A DNA stretch of 64,000 bases from Desulfatiglandales bacterium (GTDB lineage: Bacteria; Desulfobacterota; DSM-4660; Desulfatiglandales; HGW-15). Below, one piece after another: positions 48,388 to 59,455 of the stretch (positions are counted from its first letter, which is position 1; the number at the start of each line of letters is the position of its first letter). The stretch is from the NCBI GenBank assembly GCA_963667015.2, contig CAXXJJ010000001.1, forward strand, positions 2,144,001-2,208,000, in the 5' to 3' direction. Position numbers and translations under genes: made by a program. The notes beneath the pieces were generated by a model. The model saw only the letters and a list, made by a program, of their open reading frames with translations. It had not been told where the DNA came from and made no database searches.

Positions 48388-48456
48388 CGGGGTCAGTCCT
48401 TGACTGTGAATGTTTAATATCAACTTCATGTCAATATCAAGGGCGGACCCCGTTGT
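48388..48456. repeat. 61-bp repeat, copy 2, with intact 16-bp IR arms
   Basis: CGGGGTCAGTCCTTGA...TCAAGGGCGGACCCCG (14/16); 48396-48456 is identical to 20505-20565. Confidence 0.85.
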
Positions 48457-48459
48457 TTT

Positions 48460-51400
48460 TCATTTCAATCCGCTATTTGTGATGTGAAAATAATCGAAAG
48501 AAACATCAAAGGGCGTTTCCGGTTTGGTTGTATCCGGATTAAACCAGAAGCTGTTTCTCTGGCTTGTCGTAATTACCCCGTCACATACGATTAACCCGGC
48601 CCTGATATCCTTTAACAGAATATCCGCATTTCCAAGTGTTTCAAATTTATTTCCATCCAGTGAATAAAATGCAGTGTAAATGCTCCCCTTTTTCTCCAGC
48701 CTTAGTATCAGGGCATTATCACCGGTAATTTCATTTTTCAGGTCAAAGGTTCCGAAAGATTTTGTAAATCCATTTTCTTCAATCATGAGCTCTAATGTGC
48801 CTGGCTGCACTGTTCCTTCTGCAGGTCTGCCAAATCCTGTCCTTTTTGTAACCGCCCTGAACATAAGTTTTACAAAATTACTGTCATCCTGGTAAGCAAG
48901 GATTGCAGCATTTTCCGGCTGTGAAGGAATTCTTGACCCTGTCAGTTTTGTCTCAGCAATCCAGTCGGTGTTTGCACTCTGCAGCAGAATATTTCTGGCA
49001 TTGTCTACTGCCTCTGAGATATCTCCCTTTTCACTGGTGATGGTAAGTGAACCGGCCTTTTTGGTAAGGCTGCGGCTTGCCGGGTTTTCCCTTATCCATT
49101 CCCACTGTTTACCAACTGAGGAGCCGTTGAATTCATCGCTTAAGGATTTAACTCCGAAATTTATATAATATATATTTTTTTCAAGAGTGATGTTATCTAT
49201 CAATTCAATAACAGCAGTTCCTGGAACTCCTTTTGCCTGTGTAATATCCACTGTAATATTTTTCCCCTGAGCTTTTGCCTTAACCACGGGAGGTTTTGAA
49301 TTGCTTTTTAAAAGAAAACTGTAGGCCCTGATTTTTCGATCAAAACCCTTTATCTTTTTACCGTTTACCGTGATTGATCCGGGATTAAGATCGGGCATTA
49401 CCTTTAATGGGTAGCTGCCTGAAAGGGTGTGTCCCTCCACTGTAACATAGGCGAATATCAGGGCTGTTCCAACCCCGGCGGCAGTTACCCTTCCTTCTTC
49501 ATCAACAGTCGCGACCGAGGGGTTGTTGCTTTTATATATTACCTTTGCATCTTTAATATCATAAAAACTGTCATCCGACATGGAGGCGGTAACCTCTGTC
49601 TGAACCATATCACCGGGACTTAACACCACTTTGTCACATCGGGCAACAACCGTCTTCAGTACAGGTTTGTAGCTGCCGCTCATGTTTGCCTCTACTGTTC
49701 CCCTGATATCCTTTGATGATGAACCTATTTCAAAAACATACCTGCCCTGGTCGAATGTTATCCTGTCATTCTCAGAATCCCAGAACCAGAGATCTTCGCA
49801 GTTTATCTCAATAGACACTGTCTTTATCTGTCCCGCAGGAATAGTTACCCTTTTAAATCCCTTTAGTCTTTTAATCGGTCTTTCCAGTGATGCGGGGCTG
49901 TCAGGGGTTTTAAGGTAGATCTGGACTGTTTCATCCCCGTCAGTATCACCTGCATTTTTTACATCAACACTGATTGTGATTGAATCGTTAGGCGTAATAC
50001 TGCTTTTACTGACAGCAAAGTTGCTGTACTCAAAGGTTGTGTAGGAGAGGCCGAATCCGAATTCATAGGAAACCTCTTTATCAAAATACCAGTAGGTTCT
50101 GCCGTTCTTTTCTGTACCGCCTCTCAGTGTATAATCCGTAAAATCCGGAAGATCTTTTACTGATTTATGCCAGGTGACATTCAGTTTCCCGCCCGGGTTT
50201 ACCTCCCCGAATAATATTTTAGCTATGGCTGTTCCCTGTGCCTGGCCGTTGTATCCGGTCCAGATAATACCGGTAACATTCGGGTTGTTTTTAAACTGCT
50301 CAACTTCAACCATCCCCATTGTCTGCATTACGACGATGGTATTTGGATTAACAGCTGCCACTGCGCTGATAAGTTCATTCTGGTTACCGGGCAGAGTTAA
50401 CGCAAACCTGTCGGATTCCTCTCTTCCCGTAGTCTGGTCTGTTCCCACAAATATAAGGGCCACATCCGCAGAGGCCGACATTTCAAGCGTTTCTTTATCT
50501 GTGGCAGGTACTTCCGGTTCATGGTAGACAAGGACAATGGTCTGCGGTCCGGTTATACCCAGTGTGTTAATCTTAACTGGAACTGTTCGGGACCTTCCAA
50601 AGGGGAAAAAGCCCTGGCCCTGCTGCTCATTGGCTATTTTTTCCGAGCCCAGGATATTCCCGGTTGCGGACCCGACTCTGACCTCGAGTACTCCACCGCT
50701 GCCTGATACAGACATGTTGAATTTCATGGAATCAATACCGGTTATGTCAACGTTATGATACATTGTCCAGTCCCCATCCTTGATTCCCCTTACAGAAGGA
50801 GGCCCGAATCTTGCGGAGGTTATTAACCCGTCTGCCGAGGCATCGAATTTTGTTGCATCATATTCCTTTAAGGTTTCACCATTACTGACTGTAGAAAAGT
50901 TGATCATGGTGAAAAAATCGGTTCTTTTTGCGGTATTTCCGCCTGACATGGAGACCACTTCGGTATTGAGATTATGCTGCTTTATATAATCTTGAATTCC
51001 TGCAAGAGGGGTGATTTGTAATGAGGGTTCAACTTCCCCTGAATAATCCCCCAGTTCTATCTTTCCTGCCTGGGGACCCAGCACTGCGATTTTTTTTATC
51101 TCTTTTAACCTTACAGGCAGCGCTTTACTGCCTGTACCTTTAACAGGGCTGTTCTTTAACAGGACAGGCGTTTTTGTTGCAACCTCAACTGCAAGGTCAT
51201 TGTGTGAAGGATCATTTATTATACCCGGTTTAATACCTGCATAGGGAACAATTTCCGGAGGGTCAAACTCGCCTATCCTCATTCTTATGGTAAAAAGGTT
51301 TACCAGAGCCCTGTCAATATCACCCTGAGTAATCAGTTTTTTCTCCAGGGCCGCCAGGGCATGGGCCTGATAAACATCTCCGCAGTCAGTATCAACTCCT

Positions 51401-52290
51401 GATTTAAGCCCCATTGCGGTTGCCGCTTCATTGGTTTCAGCGTAGTGATGTCCTGTAACCATATCACCTATTGCACCGCAGTCACCGGTAATGTATCCAT
51501 CAAGGCCGTATGTCTTTCTTGCTATTTTATCAACCAGGAATTCACTGGCCGATACCGGTACGCCGTTTACAGCGCTGTAGGCGGTCATGATAGCAGGAAG
51601 GTTGTAATCTTTGATAAGGGTCCTGTAGGGCTGTAAGTAATATTCCCTCATATCTCTTTTGTCCATATCCGCACTGCCGGTATGCCGGTTAAATTCGGTG
51701 TTGTTCGCCAGATAGTGTTTTCCACAGGGTACTGCCTTAAGATAGACCGGATTATCACCCATTAGACCCTGAATAAAACCCCTTGATATTTCAGATACAA
51801 GAAAAGGATCTTCCCCGAATGATTCGGCTGTTCTTCCCCACCTGGGATCACGGGCCGGTTCTACAACCGGTGACCAGTAGGTAAGTGTGAAAATATAGTC
51901 ATGGTTAAAACCCCTTGCCTCATCGGATATCACTGTTGTTTCAAGCTTTATAAGGTCAGGATCCCATGTGGCCCCGACTGCAACACTGTTCGGAAATGAT
52001 GTTGCTGTCATCCCGCTGTTATCGTTCCTTCCCAGGATTCCGTGCAAAGCCTCTCCCCAGAAATCATATTGGTTAATGCCCAGCCGGGGAACAGGAGGCA
52101 TGGTATTTCCCAGCTGGCTCTGTTTTTCCTCGGGAGTCATTTTGGAGACCAGATCCGCAGCCCTTTCCTTAAAGGAATAGGCAGTGTTAAGGTAAATGGG
52201 CTTTTTAGCGGTCTCTCCGGCCTGACCGGAGGCTGTCATGTTTAAGAAGAAGAGAACGAGAATAAATATCCAGGTATTCTTTGATTTCAT
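48460..52290 (-). CDS. Multidomain GH3 beta-xylosidase/glucosidase (CBM6-like insert, Fn3-like, Ig-like and C-terminal ConA-like domains)
   Basis: EALHG, RDPRWGR, KHY, YITGDC and EESDR motifs. Confidence 0.92.
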   Translation of the reverse strand: MKSKNTWIFILVLFFLNMTASGQAGETAKKPIYLNTAYSFKERAADLVSKMTPEEKQSQLGNTMPPVPRLGINQYDFWGEALHGILGRNDNSGMTATSFPNSVAVGATWDPDLIKLETTVISDEARGFNHDYIFTLTYWSPVVEPARDPRWGRTAESFGEDPFLVSEISRGFIQGLMGDNPVYLKAVPCGKHYLANNTEFNRHTGSADMDKRDMREYYLQPYRTLIKDYNLPAIMTAYSAVNGVPVSASEFLVDKIARKTYGLDGYITGDCGAIGDMVTGHHYAETNEAATAMGLKSGVDTDCGDVYQAHALAALEKKLITQGDIDRALVNLFTIRMRIGEFDPPEIVPYAGIKPGIINDPSHNDLAVEVATKTPVLLKNSPVKGTGSKALPVRLKEIKKIAVLGPQAGKIELGDYSGEVEPSLQITPLAGIQDYIKQHNLNTEVVSMSGGNTAKRTDFFTMINFSTVSNGETLKEYDATKFDASADGLITSARFGPPSVRGIKDGDWTMYHNVDITGIDSMKFNMSVSGSGGVLEVRVGSATGNILGSEKIANEQQGQGFFPFGRSRTVPVKINTLGITGPQTIVLVYHEPEVPATDKETLEMSASADVALIFVGTDQTTGREESDRFALTLPGNQNELISAVAAVNPNTIVVMQTMGMVEVEQFKNNPNVTGIIWTGYNGQAQGTAIAKILFGEVNPGGKLNVTWHKSVKDLPDFTDYTLRGGTEKNGRTYWYFDKEVSYEFGFGLSYTTFEYSNFAVSKSSITPNDSITISVDVKNAGDTDGDETVQIYLKTPDSPASLERPIKRLKGFKRVTIPAGQIKTVSIEINCEDLWFWDSENDRITFDQGRYVFEIGSSSKDIRGTVEANMSGSYKPVLKTVVARCDKVVLSPGDMVQTEVTASMSDDSFYDIKDAKVIYKSNNPSVATVDEEGRVTAAGVGTALIFAYVTVEGHTLSGSYPLKVMPDLNPGSITVNGKKIKGFDRKIRAYSFLLKSNSKPPVVKAKAQGKNITVDITQAKGVPGTAVIELIDNITLEKNIYYINFGVKSLSDEFNGSSVGKQWEWIRENPASRSLTKKAGSLTITSEKGDISEAVDNARNILLQSANTDWIAETKLTGSRIPSQPENAAILAYQDDSNFVKLMFRAVTKRTGFGRPAEGTVQPGTLELMIEENGFTKSFGTFDLKNEITGDNALILRLEKKGSIYTAFYSLDGNKFETLGNADILLKDIRAGLIVCDGVITTSQRNSFWFNPDTTKPETPFDVSFDYFHITNSGLK

Positions 52291-52323
52291 TGCGAAGAAT
52301 CCTTTCTATCGAAAAATGGAGGG

Positions 52324-52356
52324 AACGCTACCCTGTCATTTGCGGCAGGGCAGCGT
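52324..52356 (-). terminator. Intergenic hairpin
   Basis: ACGCTACCCTGTC...GGCAGGGCAGCGT. Confidence 0.45.
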
Positions 52357-52390
52357 GTTTGAACATTTCTAATTGAAATCGGTTTCCGTC

Positions 52391-53557
<1,167 letters not shown>

Positions 53558-53572
53558 TCAATTATAAATATT

Positions 53573-54784
53573 TTAATCGATCTTTTTCCTGACTTTTATG
53601 GCCTTAAGCTCTCCCGTGGGACATACCACCTCACAGGCCCCGCAGCCATTACATTTTAAAGGATCAACACCCGGAAATGATTCATATGCCTCTTCATACC
53701 ACCGGACCTCAACCGCCTCATAGGGACAGGCCCGTATACAGGTATTGCAGTCGCTGTAACCCCACAGGCACAGGGAGGTGTCCACACTTGCAGTTCCTAT
53801 AATATATTTGTTTTTCTGCTCAAGATTCAAGCTCTGCAGGGCGCCGCTGGGACAGGCCTTTACGCAGGCGTTACATTCTTCATTGCAGTATTCCCTTTCA
53901 TACCGGACAAGAGGCGCCAGAAATCCGAGAATCCCGGCCTGTCCGGTATCCGGATGAATGATGCCCGACGGACATGCACGTACACAGTTGCCGCATCGTA
54001 TACAAAGACCCGTAAATTCATCCTCGTCAATTGCTCCCGGCGGTCTTAAGGGTACATCCTTGGATCTTGCCTGGCCGGTTTTTTGCGCCCACAGACTGAG
54101 TCCGATTCCGGCTGCCAGTGCAATAAACGTTCTCCTTGTCGCAGGAAGAGAGTAGCCTTTGGAGGCCTTTTCTTCAGATTCCTTTTTTGCGGGTTTTCTC
54201 AGATTCCTGCAGAAAGAGCCGAGACCTTCCAGGAGGTCCTGGGTTGCACCCAGGGGACATATTTTGGCACACCAGAAGTTGCCGGAGGTTAATGCAAGTA
54301 AAATAAGAATAATTATACCGGATAATGATATAACTGCTGAGATAATATTGGGAGCCTTATAAACTGAAAAGGCATTGTTTAATAATGACAGTGGGTCCAT
54401 CCAAAGGAAAAGCGGATAGCCGAAGACTGCCCCGGCTGCCGTGAGCAGGGCGATGTATTTACCAAGGGGCGGGCAGCCCTTCCACCATATTTTAATTGGT
54501 AATTTCATGCCTGACACTGTGTCAAGCAGCAGGCCGACCGGACATATATGACGGCAGAACCATCTTTTTCTTACAAGAGATATAATTGTAAAACCGATGC
54601 CCAGGATAGAACCGATCCAGATTGTTCCACCTGCCAGGATTGAACATATTGTAACAAAGGCGCTTGCCTGAACAAAGATCCTTGAGGTGTGAATCCAGAA
54701 AGGAAAGGGCAGCAGCAGGACAGCGGCCACCAGAAAACAACAGATTCTTACATAAAGGCGAAGTCTTGAGCTCTTATTTGTCAT
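53573..54784 (-). CDS. Membrane 4Fe-4S protein (NapH/MauN-NapG/MauM-like fusion)
   Basis: Two CxxxCP motifs, LRPPGA, several CxxCxxCxxxCP motifs. Confidence 0.88.
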   Translation of the reverse strand: MTNKSSRLRLYVRICCFLVAAVLLLPFPFWIHTSRIFVQASAFVTICSILAGGTIWIGSILGIGFTIISLVRKRWFCRHICPVGLLLDTVSGMKLPIKIWWKGCPPLGKYIALLTAAGAVFGYPLFLWMDPLSLLNNAFSVYKAPNIISAVISLSGIIILILLALTSGNFWCAKICPLGATQDLLEGLGSFCRNLRKPAKKESEEKASKGYSLPATRRTFIALAAGIGLSLWAQKTGQARSKDVPLRPPGAIDEDEFTGLCIRCGNCVRACPSGIIHPDTGQAGILGFLAPLVRYEREYCNEECNACVKACPSGALQSLNLEQKNKYIIGTASVDTSLCLWGYSDCNTCIRACPYEAVEVRWYEEAYESFPGVDPLKCNGCGACEVVCPTGELKAIKVRKKID

Positions 54785-54807
54785 TTCGGAAATTCTCCAT
54801 ATCAGGA

Positions 54808-56097
54808 TTATCCTGTGATTCTCAGGTAAATATAAGCAACAGATATCATAGTCAGTATAATTAATGCCATTTTACTCCACAACTGCATAACCGGTCTCGG
54901 CTGATTTTCTTCCGGTACCTGATTTCCAAACATACTGCGATGATTAAGCCACGCGATGAAGGGGCCTACAAGAAAGGCAATCACTGATGTCATATCAATA
55001 AATGTCTGAAAACTCTTCATGAATATACTGATGACTACCAGAGCCGCAATTACCAGAAAGATCATGATCCAGTCATAGAAGCGCCTCCCCATAAGTTTGC
55101 CTTCTGATCCGGGAGTCAAATCAATTATAAGGGCCTCTATTACACGCGGATATCCGTCCATTACAGTCAGGAGTGTAGAAAACATTACGGTTATGGCCGC
55201 CACCCCAATGGGATAATAGGCCCAGTTGCCGACCAGCTCCGTAAACAGCCGGATCACCTGATTTGCAAAACCTATGGAGTTTTCTTCAGGAACTGTACCG
55301 TTACAGTACATGACAACCATGCCCAGCAGCACAAAACATACGGCCAGAATGAAAGTGGTTATAAATCCGACATTAAAATCCAGACGGGATTCGGATACGC
55401 TGACCTCACTGCCCAGGTCATCTGCCTTGGCACGGGCCCACAGTGACTGCAGAACGGATGCATCAAGGGGTGTGGGCATATAACCTGCCATAGCCACGAT
55501 ATAGAGCATGGTAGGGATATCAAAATTAAAACAGCCTATATTCATGCCGTTTAACTTCAATTTGAAGAGTGCAGTGATCGTGGCCATCAGGATCAACAGG
55601 GTAAACACTATAACTATACCCTTGGTCAGACGTTCAAGTATGTGGTAGCGTCCGGTTACCAGTATCACTGCGGAAATCAGAAGAAGAGCGCCATTGTCCA
55701 CCACCATTCCAAATGAAAATCCCAGTACTGCATTGATTAGCGCTGTGGTGACAAGGCCTATTGCCGCAACAATAAACACCATGCTCAATATCTGGGACAG
55801 ACCGAACAGCCACAGGGTCCAGCGTCCAAAACCTATATAGCTGTCAACAAGCGACCGGCCCGTGGCAGCGGCAAACTCGCTGCCGAATCGAAGTGCCGGA
55901 TACTTGAGCAGACAGAATAAAAGTATAAACGGGATCATGGCCAGGCCGTACACTGCTCCCGCACGTGTAGCATAGACCAGGTGTGACACTCCGACTGCAG
56001 CGGCGGTATACAGTATACCGGGCCCGAGTACAGCCAGCAGTTTTCGATTAGATTGTTGCATTAATATTTTTCCTTTATTTTTACTCCGGGTCAGCAA
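54808..56097 (-). CDS. NRAMP-like transporter
   Basis: LGPGILY.AAAVGVSHLV motif, many TM segments; start may be ATG 56061. Confidence 0.85.
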   Translation of the reverse strand: MLTRSKNKGKILMQQSNRKLLAVLGPGILYTAAAVGVSHLVYATRAGAVYGLAMIPFILLFCLLKYPALRFGSEFAAATGRSLVDSYIGFGRWTLWLFGLSQILSMVFIVAAIGLVTTALINAVLGFSFGMVVDNGALLLISAVILVTGRYHILERLTKGIVIVFTLLILMATITALFKLKLNGMNIGCFNFDIPTMLYIVAMAGYMPTPLDASVLQSLWARAKADDLGSEVSVSESRLDFNVGFITTFILAVCFVLLGMVVMYCNGTVPEENSIGFANQVIRLFTELVGNWAYYPIGVAAITVMFSTLLTVMDGYPRVIEALIIDLTPGSEGKLMGRRFYDWIMIFLVIAALVVISIFMKSFQTFIDMTSVIAFLVGPFIAWLNHRSMFGNQVPEENQPRPVMQLWSKMALIILTMISVAYIYLRITG

Positions 56098-56160
56098 ATA
56101 ACCTCTGCTTCAATTTCTCCTTTACCCTGATTAGAAAAGTCCGGCAGGATGAAATAGAAG

Positions 56161-56203
56161 AGGCTTCCTCTTCCATACCCTCCCTTATGGAAAGAGGAAG
56201 CCT
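56161..56203 (-). terminator. Terminator-like hairpin
   Basis: AGGCTTCCTCTTCCATA...TATGGAAAGAGGAAGCCT. Confidence 0.55.
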
Positions 56204-56284
56204 TTTGCAGGTACAACCGCAAAATGACTGCATTGAAAAAAATATGTTTTCTCAGTCGATCATTCTTTTAACTGTCCGCCCGGT

Positions 56285-57784
56285 TTAACCGGGGAGTATT
56301 ACCCCCTGTTTTTTAAGGCTGGCCTGTAAAGCTTTTATGTCTATCTTCCTGAGATCTACACCGCTATTTATGGCCTGTGCTGCTGCAGTTCCTGCGGCTT
56401 CACCAAGGGCGATACAGTGGGGAATATAGTTGAAAAAATTATTGGCAATAGCATTTGATGAAAAAGCACGACAGGCGATAAGAAAATTATCCACCTTGCG
56501 CGGTATCATACAGCGATAGGGCATATATGTGACAGGTGAATCCTGGGATTCCTTTCCGCGGTCAACATCAGGGAATACAGCAATTGTGTCTTCATGAGGC
56601 ACGTTTGAATTCATATCTTTCTCGGTCATCACGTATTCACCAACTACCCTTCTGGCTCCGCGTGTACCGAGCTGGGGGTTGCTAAGAACAATGAAGCTTT
56701 TATCAAAACCGGGAATGTTTTTCTTGTAATAGTCGTGAGTTATCATCATCTCTTTTCTGCCAAGGAATTCAACCCTTGTAAGTTCCTCAACATCAACCTG
56801 GCTTTTGTTGGCATAGCGCGGGAAAACCCATACAACGCTCTCCTGATTCTTCAGGTTGCTGGTCATAAAGCCCCCGTGTCCGCCGGCCTTTCTTATCTCG
56901 CGCATCTGTTCCATAATTTCCTGCTGGTGGGCGGCCCTGTATTCATTGTATTTTACCAGGTCAACATTTGCTATCCAGTAGGAAAATGACAGGTTTGCAA
57001 TCCTCAGGGTCCGGTCAATCTCGTCTTCAAAGTCTGCACCGGAGTAGGGCAGCAGGTCACCGTCGCCGGTTGAATCAATAACAACCTTTGCCAGTATAGC
57101 CTGCCTTCCCGACTTGCTTTCAAATATTACTCCTACGACCTTGTTGCCGTCCATGATGGGCTCAGTACCCCAGGCGTGGAGATATGTTTTTACTCCTGCT
57201 TCTTCTACCATATCCTGCAAAATACATTTTGATATCTCTGCGTCGATGTGTGCGGAGTACAGTACCCTTTTCTCCCTGACATTAAAAAAGGAGCGGTTCT
57301 GGTAATACTGGACCACTTTCGGGTCATCCGATCCCCAGTCTTCCTTTTTAGGGTAATCGGTAGCTTCCCTCTTTTCGAGTCTCTCAATCCACTCCTGAGA
57401 AATACCTGCTATCTGCTGTTTACCGCTGAAATCGCTCAGGTTCGGAATGATTGTTACCAGCCCGCCGGTTCCCATACCTCCGAGGTGTTCATACCTTTCG
57501 ATAAGAACCGTATCAGCCCCGCTCCTTGCGGCCGTTACTGCTGCGCCGATACCTCCGGGGCCACCTCCAACAACCACAACATCGGCTGTCCGGCAGACGC
57601 GTGTTTCTCTGGCTGCTTCCCTTATTGTCTTGCCTGATATTTTTGAGGACTCGCCTGCTACGGCAGCGCCAGGAATAGTTATACCTGCGGCGCCTGCTGC
57701 AAGGGCAGATGCCCCCCCTATAGCTGTTCTTTTAACGAACTCTCTTCGAGTCATTCCATTTTTCATTTCTTTTAATGATTTCAT
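56285..57784 (-). CDS. Tat-exported FAD-dependent oxidoreductase (FAD_oxidored family)
   Basis: TRREFVK, VVGGGPGG, LGGMGTGG, IDSTGDGD, MPYRC. Confidence 0.9.
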   Translation of the reverse strand: MKSLKEMKNGMTRREFVKRTAIGGASALAAGAAGITIPGAAVAGESSKISGKTIREAARETRVCRTADVVVVGGGPGGIGAAVTAARSGADTVLIERYEHLGGMGTGGLVTIIPNLSDFSGKQQIAGISQEWIERLEKREATDYPKKEDWGSDDPKVVQYYQNRSFFNVREKRVLYSAHIDAEISKCILQDMVEEAGVKTYLHAWGTEPIMDGNKVVGVIFESKSGRQAILAKVVIDSTGDGDLLPYSGADFEDEIDRTLRIANLSFSYWIANVDLVKYNEYRAAHQQEIMEQMREIRKAGGHGGFMTSNLKNQESVVWVFPRYANKSQVDVEELTRVEFLGRKEMMITHDYYKKNIPGFDKSFIVLSNPQLGTRGARRVVGEYVMTEKDMNSNVPHEDTIAVFPDVDRGKESQDSPVTYMPYRCMIPRKVDNFLIACRAFSSNAIANNFFNYIPHCIALGEAAGTAAAQAINSGVDLRKIDIKALQASLKKQGVILPG

Positions 57785-57844
57785 CGGTATTTTCCTTCCA
57801 AAAAACTAATAAATAAAAATTAAATAAAAACACCCTTTTATAAA

Positions 57845-59329
57845 CTAACCGGGCAGTACTACACCCTGTTTTTTGAGGGTAGCCTGAAGCCCCTTAATAT
57901 CAACCTTTCTGATATCTACACCACTGTTTACCGCCTGTGCTGCCGCAGCTCCTGCAGCCTGTCCAAGGGAGACACAATGGTGTATCAAGTTGAAAGCGTC
58001 ATTGATAGGAGCATCTGATGAAAACGCCCGGCAGGCAACAAGCATATTGTCAACATTACGTGGTATCAGGCATCGATATGGCATGTACATAAGAGGATTT
58101 TTTTCATCCATATTAGGGAATATTGCAATGGTGTCATTAAAAGGTTTCTGTGCCTTCATGTCTTCTTTCTTTACAACATAATCTCCAACAACCCGCCTTC
58201 CGCCGCGGGTGCCGAGCTGAGGATTTGACAGAACTATGAAGCTCCTTTCAAAACCGGGAACATGCTCCTTGTAAAAATCGTGTGTTATCAGCATCTCTTT
58301 ACGGCCCTCAAATTCTACCCGTGTGAGCTCCTCAACATCATACTGACAGGTATTGGCGTAACGGGGGAAGCACCAGACCACATTCTCCTGGTTTTTAAGG
58401 TTGCTGGTCATAACGCCGGCCTTTCCGCCGAGTTTCCTGAGATCGCGCATCTTTTCAGCAAGTTCCTTTGCATTGGATTTTTTATATTCCTCATATTTTT
58501 TCAGATCAACATTATCTATCCAGTAGGAGAAGGAGAGGTTTGCAATTCTCATGGTGCGTTCGATATGGGTTTCAAACTCTGCCCCGGCGTATGGTAACAG
58601 GTCTCCATCGCCCGTAGAGTCTATTACAACCTTTGCGAGCACGGCCTGCCTGCCTGATTTGCTCTCAAAGATAACACCCCTGGCCTTGTTGCCCTCCATA
58701 ATGGGTTCTGTTCCCCAGGAATGGAGATATGTCTTGACCCCTGCCTCTTCCATCATGTCCTGGAATAAACACTTTGATATCTCTGCATCGATGTGTGCGG
58801 AATATCCTACCCTGTTGCCTGTCGCGTAAAAAAAGGAGCGGTTTTTGTAATAATCAACAAGTTTTTTATCGGTTGAACCCCAGTGTTCCTTCTTCGGGTA
58901 GTCGGCCCCATCCCTTTTATCAAGCCTTTCAATCCATTCCTGGGTAATTCCGGCTATCACCTGTTTGCCGCTGACATCGGTCATGGCAGGTATAATGGTT
59001 ACCAGACCGCCTGTACCCATACCGCCCAGATGTTCGTATCTTTCAATAAGGACCGTATCCGCACCATTTCTTGCAGCCGATACTGCCGCCCCTATACCTC
59101 CGGGCCCGCCCCCTACGACAACGACATCGGCAGTTCGGCACACCTTTGTCTCACGGGCAGCTTCCTTGATGGTTTTGCCTGTTATCTCTGCTGCTCCTGC
59201 TGACCGGGTCGACAGGGGAAGCGCTATGCCTCCTGCCCCAACAGCAAAGGCCGCGGCTCCCTTGATAGCTGTATTTCTAACGAATTCCCGGCGGGTTATC
59301 CCGTTTTTTATGTCCTTTGATGATTTCAT
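57845..59329 (-). CDS. Tat-exported FAD-dependent oxidoreductase, tandem paralog
   Basis: Same motifs; highly similar to 56285-57784. Confidence 0.9.
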   Translation of the reverse strand: MKSSKDIKNGITRREFVRNTAIKGAAAFAVGAGGIALPLSTRSAGAAEITGKTIKEAARETKVCRTADVVVVGGGPGGIGAAVSAARNGADTVLIERYEHLGGMGTGGLVTIIPAMTDVSGKQVIAGITQEWIERLDKRDGADYPKKEHWGSTDKKLVDYYKNRSFFYATGNRVGYSAHIDAEISKCLFQDMMEEAGVKTYLHSWGTEPIMEGNKARGVIFESKSGRQAVLAKVVIDSTGDGDLLPYAGAEFETHIERTMRIANLSFSYWIDNVDLKKYEEYKKSNAKELAEKMRDLRKLGGKAGVMTSNLKNQENVVWCFPRYANTCQYDVEELTRVEFEGRKEMLITHDFYKEHVPGFERSFIVLSNPQLGTRGGRRVVGDYVVKKEDMKAQKPFNDTIAIFPNMDEKNPLMYMPYRCLIPRNVDNMLVACRAFSSDAPINDAFNLIHHCVSLGQAAGAAAAQAVNSGVDIRKVDIKGLQATLKKQGVVLPG

Positions 59330-59455
59330 AACTGACTCTCCTTTCTGTAAATAATTGGCATCACTATGAAGCTATTTCCTGAATTTTACACCGGGTATTC
59401 ATTATGGCTTGAAGCGAGCTGATAAAGTATCCGACGCAAAAGTTCAGGTGTTATA

